Of a stretch of 64,000 bases of DNA, positions 54,299 to 62,611 are shown in pieces. The first letter of the stretch is position 1. Each line of letters starts with the position of its first letter. The notes under the pieces are model-generated. The model saw nothing but the letters and a program-made list of their open reading frames with translations, made no database searches and was not told the DNA's origin. The stretch spans positions 9,749 through 73,748 of the forward strand of contig JAZLLK010000088.1 in the NCBI GenBank assembly GCA_045598105.1, written 5' to 3'. The position numbers were made by a program, and so were the translations under genes. Source of the DNA: Bacteroidales bacterium (lineage in GTDB: Bacteria > Bacteroidota > Bacteroidia > Bacteroidales > WCHB1-69).

Positions 54299-56818
54299 TT
54301 ATTTACGCTCAAATATGAGGCGTTGTTTACCTTTATCTACTCTGTAAGGTCCAAATTCGTCTTCAAATGTATTGCTGCCTATTATTACAGGTATGGTTTG
54401 ACCTTTAACTACAGTCATTTCCACATTTTCCAATACATCATCACTTATTTGTAAAGTTTTCAAATATACTTTTACACCATCTATAATGGTACCATCTTCA
54501 GCTACAATAGCTTTGTCTTTGAGTTCAAAGTCGCCCACGGTGATGATAGCTTCACGTAAGAATTTCATAGCCTGATCGTATGAAATGGTGAGCTTTTCGG
54601 TGCCGGGTTCTATTAAGAATTTAAGTGTTTTGCTATTCAGGTAGCAGGTACCGTAGGTAAGGTCTTCTTCGGTTTCTACCGGTATGAAACGTTCGGTAAT
54701 AATGTTTACCAATGAAGCACCGTCCACACTTACGGAATCTACCTTTTCTTTAGGTACGTAGTCATCTCTAAGTATCATAAATTCGGTACGACGGTTCAGG
54801 TCGTGTGCGGCTTCCTGTTGGTTTTTGGGCAGGCTTTCTATATAGGCTCTGTCAAGGGTGATGCCTTTTTTGAAGGTAACGCCACGTGATACTTTATCTT
54901 TTTCCAGGGTGCGGGGCACACGTTCCGCATAGCCTTTGGCTACTAAACGCTCAGGGTCAATACCTGATTTAATTAAGAAGTTTACGCACGATTCGGCACG
55001 ACGCTGGCTCAAGGTATCATTGGTCATAGGAATAGGACGGTAGTCGGTGTGAGAACGTAATTCTATAACAAATGTGGGGTTTTCCTGCATAATTTTGAGC
55101 AGGCCGCGAAGTGAGTCTTCATATTGAGGCTTTAAATCCCATTTTCCCAAATCATATAATATGTCAGGCAATACCACCGGTTCTTTAGGTATGGGATTAA
55201 TAATGAAGTTGTGTTTTAAATCAGTGTTTTTAGTGAGGCCTACAGTGGTTTCTTTACCTTTACAATTGTCATTGTCATAGTAACCGCTTTTTTGAACCTG
55301 TATTTCATAGGTAAGTTCACCCAATACTTTGGTTTTATCAAAGCTGTAGTAGCCTCTTACGTCGGTAGTGGTTTTGTAGGATACGCCGTTAGAGGCGGTG
55401 AGGGTAACGGTGGCACCGTCAATGTATTGGAGGGTAACACTGTCTTTTACAAAACCGGAAATGGTAAATACCAGCGGGCGGAGCTTGAACGACCATATAT
55501 CATCCATGCCTCTGCCGCCTTCACGATTAGAGGTGAAATAACCTTTTTCTATGAAGGGGAAGCCCGATTCAGGGTCTATTACTTCAGAATGATCAAATAT
55601 GATGCCGTAGTCATCGGCTTCGGAGTTAATGGGGTATTTAAGGTTTTCGGCAGGACCATATTCTCCGTTGGCTTTTACCGAGCGGAATATATCGTAGCCA
55701 CCCAAACCTACGTGACCTTTGGAGGAAAAGTAGAGTATGGAATCTTTTTCCATGGTGGGGAACATTTCGTGGTCACCGCTGTTTACGTTAGTACCTAAGT
55801 TAACAGGGTTGCTGAAAGGCTTGCTTTTTTTAGGACGGGTAATAGACCATATATCATAGCCACCCTGGCCGCCGGGCATGTCCGATACAAATATAAGTTC
55901 CAGCTCATCTTTAGATATTACAGGGTGTACATAGTCGAATGAATCGGGACCTATAACTATTTGTTCCGGCTGACCCCAGCCCTTACCTTTTTTGGTTACC
56001 TGGTATATTTTACAATACGAAACTGTTTTCTTTTCATTAGGGCAACGGGTAAAGTACATGGTGGTACCTTTAGGATTGAATACCGATTCACCTTCATTGG
56101 CTTCGGTGTTTACCATGCCTTCTTTATCTAACAGTACGGGAGCTGTCCATTCACCGGGAAAGTCCACCAGTTTGCTTTTGGGCTTGCTGGTAGAATAAAA
56201 ATCGGAGAAGGACTGACCTGACCATACGTCAGCATTTTTACCGGTGGAACCTTCACGTGAGGAGGTGAATACTATTAAGTTCTCCTTATTAGGCAGACCC
56301 CATGAAGGCGACCAGTCACTTTGAGGCGTGTTCCATTTCTTCATGTTCTCCACTTCATGTCGTGTGGGGTGATTTACCCATTCGGGAGCCATTTTACAGG
56401 ATTCTATTCTGTCGTTTACGCGGGGATCCTTAGGACGGGCTGTTTTATACTTGGTGTAGTATTTTAAGGCAGTGGGATAGTCCTTTTTAATACGATATAT
56501 ATCAGCCAGGCGTAAAAATATAAGCGGATTGTCTTTTTGATAGTTCACCTTTTCCAAACGGAGGTATTGCTGTTCCGCTTTTTTCATATCACCGGTCATG
56601 GAGTAGCATTCGGCCATGCGGAACATGATACGACGCTTTTCCACGGGGTTTTTCTTTACTTTGCTGTATGCTTTTTTGTATAAATCGGCAGCAACAGTGT
56701 ATTGGAATGTGGAAAATGCTTTATCCGCATCGGCTGCCGGAGACTTTTGAGCAAAAGCTGATGAGCTGATTATCAGCATCATTAAAAAAATGTAACTAAT
56801 TTTTCGTACTGTACTCAT
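54299..56818 (-). CDS. OmpA-family outer-membrane or periplasmic protein (TPR, TolB-like propeller, CarboxypepD_reg-like and OmpA_C-like domains) with an extra C-terminal domain
   Basis: 839 aa with a signal peptide, an N-terminal TPR and WD40-like repeats (GGYDIW, GGYDIF). The OmpA_C-like region runs ILYDLGKWDLKP...SQRRAESC...NRRTEF. A further 175 aa or so follow it (see findings). Confidence 0.8.
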   Translation of the reverse strand: MSTVRKISYIFLMMLIISSSAFAQKSPAADADKAFSTFQYTVAADLYKKAYSKVKKNPVEKRRIMFRMAECYSMTGDMKKAEQQYLRLEKVNYQKDNPLIFLRLADIYRIKKDYPTALKYYTKYKTARPKDPRVNDRIESCKMAPEWVNHPTRHEVENMKKWNTPQSDWSPSWGLPNKENLIVFTSSREGSTGKNADVWSGQSFSDFYSTSKPKSKLVDFPGEWTAPVLLDKEGMVNTEANEGESVFNPKGTTMYFTRCPNEKKTVSYCKIYQVTKKGKGWGQPEQIVIGPDSFDYVHPVISKDELELIFVSDMPGGQGGYDIWSITRPKKSKPFSNPVNLGTNVNSGDHEMFPTMEKDSILYFSSKGHVGLGGYDIFRSVKANGEYGPAENLKYPINSEADDYGIIFDHSEVIDPESGFPFIEKGYFTSNREGGRGMDDIWSFKLRPLVFTISGFVKDSVTLQYIDGATVTLTASNGVSYKTTTDVRGYYSFDKTKVLGELTYEIQVQKSGYYDNDNCKGKETTVGLTKNTDLKHNFIINPIPKEPVVLPDILYDLGKWDLKPQYEDSLRGLLKIMQENPTFVIELRSHTDYRPIPMTNDTLSQRRAESCVNFLIKSGIDPERLVAKGYAERVPRTLEKDKVSRGVTFKKGITLDRAYIESLPKNQQEAAHDLNRRTEFMILRDDYVPKEKVDSVSVDGASLVNIITERFIPVETEEDLTYGTCYLNSKTLKFLIEPGTEKLTISYDQAMKFLREAIITVGDFELKDKAIVAEDGTIIDGVKVYLKTLQISDDVLENVEMTVVKGQTIPVIIGSNTFEDEFGPYRVDKGKQRLIFERK

Positions 56819-56878
56819 TATATTAAAATTTCTAGAATTTTCAACGTGCTAAATTAGCAAAAAAAACAATACCAATGT

Positions 56879-56886
56879 CAAATTTA
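56879..56886 (-). promoter_or_regulatory. -7 box for the OmpA-family gene
   Basis: The reverse complement is TAAATTTG, 60 nt upstream of the start. Confidence 0.45.
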
Positions 56887-57040
56887 CCTAATTTTTTTTT
56901 GTAAGTCGGGTATAAGCGGGTGTAAATGGGCAGCGGGCAATGTTGAGGAGGCGTTTTTTTTGGGGTGGTGGTATTATGCTATGCACTATACGGTAATGGA
57001 TTGCAGGTGCTGTATGCAGTGTTGCAAAAGCGGGAAAAAT

Positions 57041-57071
57041 AAAAAAAGCAATAGCCTTCAAGGCTATTGCT
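57041..57071 (-). terminator. intrinsic terminator after ptb
   Basis: The 11-bp stem is agcaatagcct/aggctattgct with a 3-nt loop. T7 follows on the minus strand. Confidence 0.8.
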
Positions 57072-57098
57072 TTATATTAATATATGTGCTCTATATTG

Positions 57099-58010
57099 TT
57101 ATTTGGCAGCTATGGCTGCTAAGGCTATAGAATACATTTTGGTTTTGGCGGAGTCGCCGCGTGAGGTGAGCACACAGGGAACTTTAGCGCCTACTACCAT
57201 GCAACCCAATTCGGCGCCACCGAATTTGGTGCAGGCTTTGTAGAATACGTTACCTGATTCTATATTGGGGAAGAGCAGGCAGTCGGCATCACCGGCAACT
57301 TCACCCGTGAGTTTCTTTATTTGAGCACTTTCCTTATCTATGGCTACGTCTAATGCCAAGGGACCGTCTACAAGGGCTCCTTTTGTTTGACCGCGGTCAC
57401 TCATTTTGGATATAATGGCGGCTTCTATACAGGCAGGCATGCCGGCAGATACCTGTTCGGTAGCGGCCAGCACGGCTACTTTGGGCTGTTCTATTTGCAG
57501 TGATTTAGCTGTGCTTACCAGGTGACCCAATATGGCTTGTTTTTGTTTCATATCGGGAGCAGGTATAATAGCTACATCACTGGCTATTAACAGCTTGTGG
57601 TATTTGGGAATTTGAAACACGGCTATGTGGGTAAGCATGTCGCTTTTTTTACCCGGCATAAGGCCGTTTTCTTTGTTTAATATGGCACGCATGTATTTAT
57701 CGGTGCTGAGCAGGCCTTTCATTAATATGTCACCTTCACCTTTGTTAATAAGTGCTACAGCTACGCTGCCGGCTTTGGTTTCATCGGCTTCCTGTACAAT
57801 TTTGAATGCGGAAGCATCAAAGTTGTGCTCTTTGCATACTGACAATATAGTGGCTTCGTCACCTACGAGGGTGGCTTCAATAATACCTGCCTGTACGGCA
57901 TTGTAAACGGCTTCTATGGTGTGAGCATCATTAGCGTATGCTGCTACCAGTCTTTTTTTACCTTTTGTTTTTACCACTTCAAGAAGTTGGTCCAATTTAG
58001 TAATACTCAT
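57099..58010 (-). CDS. ptb: phosphate butyryltransferase / phosphate acyltransferase (PTA_PTB family)
   Basis: 303 aa with GDILMKG..., DVAIIPAP, FPNIESGNVFYK and the C-terminal VLTSRGDS pattern. No butyrate kinase gene is adjacent. Confidence 0.8.
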   Translation of the reverse strand: MSITKLDQLLEVVKTKGKKRLVAAYANDAHTIEAVYNAVQAGIIEATLVGDEATILSVCKEHNFDASAFKIVQEADETKAGSVAVALINKGEGDILMKGLLSTDKYMRAILNKENGLMPGKKSDMLTHIAVFQIPKYHKLLIASDVAIIPAPDMKQKQAILGHLVSTAKSLQIEQPKVAVLAATEQVSAGMPACIEAAIISKMSDRGQTKGALVDGPLALDVAIDKESAQIKKLTGEVAGDADCLLFPNIESGNVFYKACTKFGGAELGCMVVGAKVPCVLTSRGDSAKTKMYSIALAAIAAK

Positions 58011-58071
58011 GTTGTATAAACTTATATTTAAAAAATTGATTATTATTTTACTACGTGAAAAAAATAAGGAC

Positions 58072-58635
58072 TTATACCGTCATTATTTCTTTTTCTTTAA
58101 TGGTGAAGCTGTTGTCCACTTTTTTAATAAATTCGTCGGTGGCTTTTTGTATATCGGCTTCCAGTTTTTTTATTTCATCTTCCGATATGCCATTGTCTTT
58201 TAGCTTTTTGGCCTGCTCGTTGGCGTTACGGCGTATGTTGCGTATGTTTACTTTGGCCTGCTCGGTTTCCTGTTTTACTTTTTTTACCAATTCTTTACGG
58301 CGTTCTTCGGTGAGGGCAGGTACCAATACGCGTATAATTTCACCGTTATTTTGAGGGTTAAAACCTAAATTGGCTGCCATAATGGCTTTTTCTATGGGTC
58401 CTATCATGTTTTTTTCCCAAGGTTGTATAACTATTTGCTTAGGATCCGGTGTGGATACGTTGGCTATTTGCGCAATGGGCATGGGTGAACCGTAGTAATC
58501 CACTTTTACACTGTCCAGCATTTTGGGGTTAGCTTTGCCGGCCCGTATTTGGTCCAATTCTTTTTCCAAATAGTTGAGCGAATTGGTCATGTCCTGTTTC
58601 ATTGCATTTAAGCATTCTGCACTGGTTGTTATCAT
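58072..58635 (-). CDS. frr: ribosome recycling factor
   Basis: 187 aa with IRAGKANPKMLD, VLVPALTEERRKELVK and ISEDE. Confidence 0.95.
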   Translation of the reverse strand: MITTSAECLNAMKQDMTNSLNYLEKELDQIRAGKANPKMLDSVKVDYYGSPMPIAQIANVSTPDPKQIVIQPWEKNMIGPIEKAIMAANLGFNPQNNGEIIRVLVPALTEERRKELVKKVKQETEQAKVNIRNIRRNANEQAKKLKDNGISEDEIKKLEADIQKATDEFIKKVDNSFTIKEKEIMTV

Positions 58636-58660
58636 ATACTTTTAGTATTTTTAAAAAATG

Positions 58661-59011
58661 TTATTCGTTATTATTATTTTCTTCGTTAGCAGCGACTATT
58701 TCTTTGGCTTCCTGCTCACGTAATTTTTTTACTTCTTTATCTACCGAACTGTTACCCCATTTGAACACTATCAAATAGTGTGCATATACAATTACGGCCC
58801 ATATTAAGGTGAGACCCAAGCAGAATTTAAGCATACCGCCGCCCAGGCTGCTTTCTTTAAACAAAAAGAAGTAGAGTAGCCATAATACAAGGTTTACCAG
58901 TATAAATATGGTGAAATGCACCCGCATATTCACTCTTCTTCCGGCTTTTTTACGCAGGGATTTTTCTTTCTTGCTCTCTTCTGCGGTATTGGTAATAATA
59001 TCGTTATCCAT
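58661..59011 (-). CDS. 2TM domain-containing small membrane protein
   Basis: 116 aa with two TM helices flanked by charged termini. RVHFTIFILVNLVLWLLYF ... WAVIVYAHYLIVF matches the 2TM family pattern. Confidence 0.55.
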   Translation of the reverse strand: MDNDIITNTAEESKKEKSLRKKAGRRVNMRVHFTIFILVNLVLWLLYFFLFKESSLGGGMLKFCLGLTLIWAVIVYAHYLIVFKWGNSSVDKEVKKLREQEAKEIVAANEENNNNE

Positions 59012-59028
59012 AATGTGATGATTATATG

Positions 59029-59739
59029 TTATTCATTAGTAATGGTGGTGCCTATGGCTTCCCCTTGGAGTATGCGGCACAGGTTATTTTTTTTATTCAT
59101 GTTGAATACTAGTATGGGCATATTGTTCTCCTTACACAGGGTGAAGGCGGTAAGGTCCATAATGTGCAGGCCCTGCTCGTAGGCTTCATTAAAGGTGAGA
59201 CGGGTGTATTTAACGGCATCGGGATATTTTTCGGGGTCCTTATTATATACGCCATCTACGCGGGTGCCTTTGAATAATATATCGGCCTTAATTTCTATGG
59301 CACGAAGGGCGCCTGCCGAATCGGTGGTGAAGAAGGGGTTGCCGGTGCCGCCGCTAATGATGGTAACATAGCCGTTCTGCAGGTATTGTATGGCACGGCG
59401 ACTGCTCATACGCTCGCATATAGGGTCTATGGCTATGCCCGAAAGTACTACGGCCTTAATGCCGTTAGCTTCCAGCTCTCCCTGCAGGGCCATGCTGTTA
59501 ATGGTGGTGGCCAGCATACCCATGTAGTCCCCCTGTATGCGGTCAAAGCCTTTACCGGCTCCCTGCATACCGCGGAATATATTGCCGCCGCCTATAACTA
59601 CACCTATTTGCACGCCCATGTCATGAGCCTTTATGATTTCTTCCACATAATAGCGAAGCATGGAGGTATTAATGCCCTGCCCGCTTTCTCCGGCCAATGA
59701 TTCGCCGCTTATTTTGAGTAATATTCTGTTGTATCTCAT
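59029..59739 (-). CDS. pyrH: UMP kinase
   Basis: The start is trimmed to MRYNRILLKISGESL. It has VVIGGGNIFRG and GTGNPFFTTDSAGALRA. Confidence 0.95.
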   Translation of the reverse strand: MRYNRILLKISGESLAGESGQGINTSMLRYYVEEIIKAHDMGVQIGVVIGGGNIFRGMQGAGKGFDRIQGDYMGMLATTINSMALQGELEANGIKAVVLSGIAIDPICERMSSRRAIQYLQNGYVTIISGGTGNPFFTTDSAGALRAIEIKADILFKGTRVDGVYNKDPEKYPDAVKYTRLTFNEAYEQGLHIMDLTAFTLCKENNMPILVFNMNKKNNLCRILQGEAIGTTITNE

Positions 59740-59809
59740 ATTGAGTATGTTATATGTGTTATATGGGTTAGCTTGTGTATGCATACTTAAAAAGTATATA
59801 AGCAATTTG

Positions 59810-59817
59810 CAAAGATA
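59810..59817 (-). promoter_or_regulatory. -7 box for the pyrH-2TM-frr(-ptb) gene string
   Basis: The reverse complement is TATCTTTG, 70 nt upstream of the pyrH start. Confidence 0.5.
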
Positions 59818-59856
59818 CAATTTTTGTATGAAAAAAAAGCCTACAAGTGCCCATAA

Positions 59857-60369
59857 TTATTGTTTGGGACGATATTTTTTTGCCATTTTGAACAAGGCCT
59901 GCGGCAAATGGCAGTATCCGTCAGGATGTTTGTTTAAATATTGCTGGTGGAATTCTTCGGCTCTGTAAAAATTAGTGAGAGGAAGTACCTCTACCTGTAG
60001 CGGTTCCCTGTATTGTCGCGATATTTGCTCATATACTTGTAATATAGTGTCTTTATCGGCAGGGCAGGTGTAGTATATGCCGGTGCGGTAGCGGGTGCCT
60101 TCATCTTCACCCTGACGGTTAAGCAGGGTAGGGTCAATACTTTGAAAATACAGTAATATCAGCTCTTGCAGGCTGATAATACTGCTATCGTATTTCACAT
60201 GTACGGTTTCGGCGTAGCCGGTGGTATCGGAATATACTTCCTTATAGGTGGGACAAGGGGTGTGCCCGTTGGCAAAGCCTGCCTCGGTGAAGGTAACGCC
60301 CCGTATGAGCTGAAGGTAGTGCTGCGCACCCCAAAAGCAGCCTGCGGCCAAATATATTTCCTTTATCAT
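59857..60369 (-). CDS. msrA: peptide-methionine (S)-S-oxide reductase
   Basis: The start is trimmed to MIKEIYLAAGCFWGAQHY (GCFWG active site). It also has GYAETV and EFHQQYL. Confidence 0.9.
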   Translation of the reverse strand: MIKEIYLAAGCFWGAQHYLQLIRGVTFTEAGFANGHTPCPTYKEVYSDTTGYAETVHVKYDSSIISLQELILLYFQSIDPTLLNRQGEDEGTRYRTGIYYTCPADKDTILQVYEQISRQYREPLQVEVLPLTNFYRAEEFHQQYLNKHPDGYCHLPQALFKMAKKYRPKQ

Positions 60370-60391
60370 AGCGTAATAAAATATGAAAATG

Positions 60392-60443
60392 CAAAGATAA
60401 TAGTTTTTAATGCACGGGCGGAAGAAAAAAAATGTTATTTTTG
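60392..60443. promoter_or_regulatory. divergent -7 boxes for msrA (minus) and dcp (plus)
   Basis: The reverse complement of CAAAGATA (60392-60399) is TATCTTTG, 22 nt from the msrA start. TATTTTTG (60436-60443) lies 16 nt upstream of the dcp ATG. Confidence 0.55.
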
Positions 60444-60459
60444 CAAAAAAAACAGCAGA

Positions 60460-62505
60460 ATGAATACACACACGGAAAATCCATTGTTACAGGCATGGAA
60501 TGTTCCTCCTTTCCACCTTATAAAAGAGGAGCATTATATCCCTGCCTTTGAGTATAGTATAGCTCAGGCCCGGCAGGAGCTGGACCTTATAGCCCATAAT
60601 AGTGAAACGCCCACATTCGCAAATACCATAGCGGCCATAGACCGTAGCGGCGTCATGTATAACAGGGTGGCTAATGTGTTTTTTAATCTGCTGGAAGCCG
60701 AGGCTACGCCCGGCCTGCAGCAAATAGCGGAGCAGGTAATGCCGCTCACGGTGGAATATGCCAATTATTACAACTTATACACGGCCTTGTTTGAAAGAGT
60801 AAAGTATGTGTATGAGCATGCTGACAGGGCTATGCTTACCGTAGAGGAGCGTACCCTGCTTGACCATACTTATAAAAACTATGTGCGTAACGGTATTATG
60901 CTTAGCGGGGCCGATAAGGAGGAGTATAAGCGGCTCACGCGTGAGTTATCGGATATTACGCTGCAATATAAGAACAATGCCTTGGCTGCCACTACCGATT
61001 ATGCCCTGTATTTTGCTCCGGAAAATAAGGAAAAGTTGCAGGGGCTGCCCAATAGTGAGTTAGTATTGGCCGCGGAGCGGGCTAAGGCCAAAGGATATAA
61101 CAGCGGATGGCTGTTCGATTTATCTATGCCCTGCTACACGGCATTTATGAAATATGTGGCTCACAGGCATAGCCGGCAGGAGCTGTATATGGCTTATAAT
61201 GCAAGGGCACTTGGCGGAGCCTGTGATAACAGGGAGTGCATACGCAAAATAGTAAACATACGCCTGCAAATAGCCCGTTTGCTGGGGTATAATACCTATG
61301 CGGACTATGTATTGGAGAACCGTATGGCTACCACTTCTAAGGAGGTAAATGAGTTTTTAGCCGGGCTGAATAAGGCCTTTAAGCCCCTGGCCGGGCAGGA
61401 CTGTTTGCAGGTACAGCAATATGCACATGCCCATGGTTTGCAGGGTGAGTTGCAGGCATGGGACTGGGCTTATTATTCCAACGGGTGTCAAACGGAGAAC
61501 CTGAATTTTGACGAGCAGCAGCTTAAGCCCTATTTTAGTCTGCAGCAGGTGCAGCAGGGCGTATTTGCCCTGGCGGGCAAATTGTACGGCCTGTATTTCC
61601 GGCAGGATAACACATTGCCCGTGTATGCCAAAGATGTGCAGGTGTGGAATGTGTATGAAGCCGACCACCGCATGCTGGCCAAGCTGTATATGGACTTTTT
61701 TCCCCGAGATACCAAGCGTAACGGAGCATGGATGACCTCGTTTACCGATACCTGTAAGGATGAAAAGGGAAGCCGTGTATTACCCGTAATATCGTTGGTG
61801 TTCAATTTTACCCCGCCGGCTGCCGATACACCTTCCTTACTTACCTACAAGGAGGTAACTACCTTTTTGCATGAATTCGGGCATGCTTTGCATGGCATGT
61901 TGTCACAAAATGCCTATGTGGGATTGTCGGGCACGTCGGTAAAGCGTGATTTTGTAGAGCTGCCTTCGCAAATAATGGAAAACTGGGCATGTGAACAGGA
62001 ATTTTTGCAGCTGTTTGCCCGTCATTATATTACGGGAGAGCTGTTGCCACAGGAGTGGGTGAAAAAAATAAAGATGATAGACAACTATTGTGCGGGCTAT
62101 TACAGCGTGCGGCAGTTTAATTTTGGTGTGCTGGATATGGCCTGGCACAGTATAACAGCCCCTTTTAACGGAGATGTGGAAGTGTTTGAGCAGCAGGCTA
62201 CTGCTAATACGCAGCTGCTTACCCGTGTGGAGCACACCTGTATAAGTACGGCGTTTACCCATATATTTGGCGGCGGCTACGCCGCAGGATATTACGGCTA
62301 TAAATGGGCCGAGGTGCTGGCTGCCGATGCTTATGAGGAATTTGCCCGTGAGGGCGTATTTTCGGCAGCAGTGGCAGACCGATTTAGAAAACATATACTG
62401 GAAAAAGGTGGAGCAGAGCATCCTATGGATTTGTATATAAGGTTCAAAGGCCGTAAACCCGATGTGAATGCCCTATTGAGAAAAAGCATGAATAATAAGG
62501 AGTAA
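60460..62505 (+). CDS. dcp: M3 family metallopeptidase (peptidyl-dipeptidase Dcp-like)
   Basis: The start is trimmed to MNTHTENPLLQAWNVPPF, because the track ORF start at 60166 is antisense to msrA. It has the zinc motif HEFGHALH followed by ELPSQIMENW. Confidence 0.85.
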   Translation: MNTHTENPLLQAWNVPPFHLIKEEHYIPAFEYSIAQARQELDLIAHNSETPTFANTIAAIDRSGVMYNRVANVFFNLLEAEATPGLQQIAEQVMPLTVEYANYYNLYTALFERVKYVYEHADRAMLTVEERTLLDHTYKNYVRNGIMLSGADKEEYKRLTRELSDITLQYKNNALAATTDYALYFAPENKEKLQGLPNSELVLAAERAKAKGYNSGWLFDLSMPCYTAFMKYVAHRHSRQELYMAYNARALGGACDNRECIRKIVNIRLQIARLLGYNTYADYVLENRMATTSKEVNEFLAGLNKAFKPLAGQDCLQVQQYAHAHGLQGELQAWDWAYYSNGCQTENLNFDEQQLKPYFSLQQVQQGVFALAGKLYGLYFRQDNTLPVYAKDVQVWNVYEADHRMLAKLYMDFFPRDTKRNGAWMTSFTDTCKDEKGSRVLPVISLVFNFTPPAADTPSLLTYKEVTTFLHEFGHALHGMLSQNAYVGLSGTSVKRDFVELPSQIMENWACEQEFLQLFARHYITGELLPQEWVKKIKMIDNYCAGYYSVRQFNFGVLDMAWHSITAPFNGDVEVFEQQATANTQLLTRVEHTCISTAFTHIFGGGYAAGYYGYKWAEVLAADAYEEFAREGVFSAAVADRFRKHILEKGGAEHPMDLYIRFKGRKPDVNALLRKSMNNKE

Positions 62506-62546
62506 ATAAAAACTTGCTTTTATGCTCATATTACAATAAAAAAGTG

Positions 62547-62554
62547 TACTTTTG
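62547..62554 (+). promoter_or_regulatory. -7 box for glnA
   Basis: gtgTACTTTTGcac, 57 nt upstream of the ATG. Confidence 0.55.
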
Positions 62555-62611
62555 CACTTTTTGATTGCGTAGCAATAGTGAATAAATAAGAAAATAAAAA
62601 ATAAAATATAT

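Noticed and set aside
57099-58010. ptb without an adjacent butyrate kinase, as a possible sign of a novel pathway.
   Set aside because: buk may simply lie elsewhere in the genome. Nothing in this window bears on the question.
60166-60459. N-terminal extensions in the ORF track for dcp (from 60166), and likewise for msrA, pyrH, manA, tetR, obg, tsaE, the M16 peptidase and the porin.
   Set aside because: The extensions run through promoter boxes or the neighbouring gene and have non-protein-like sequence. Conserved N-termini begin at internal Met codons located 16-70 nt downstream of TAnnTTTG boxes.
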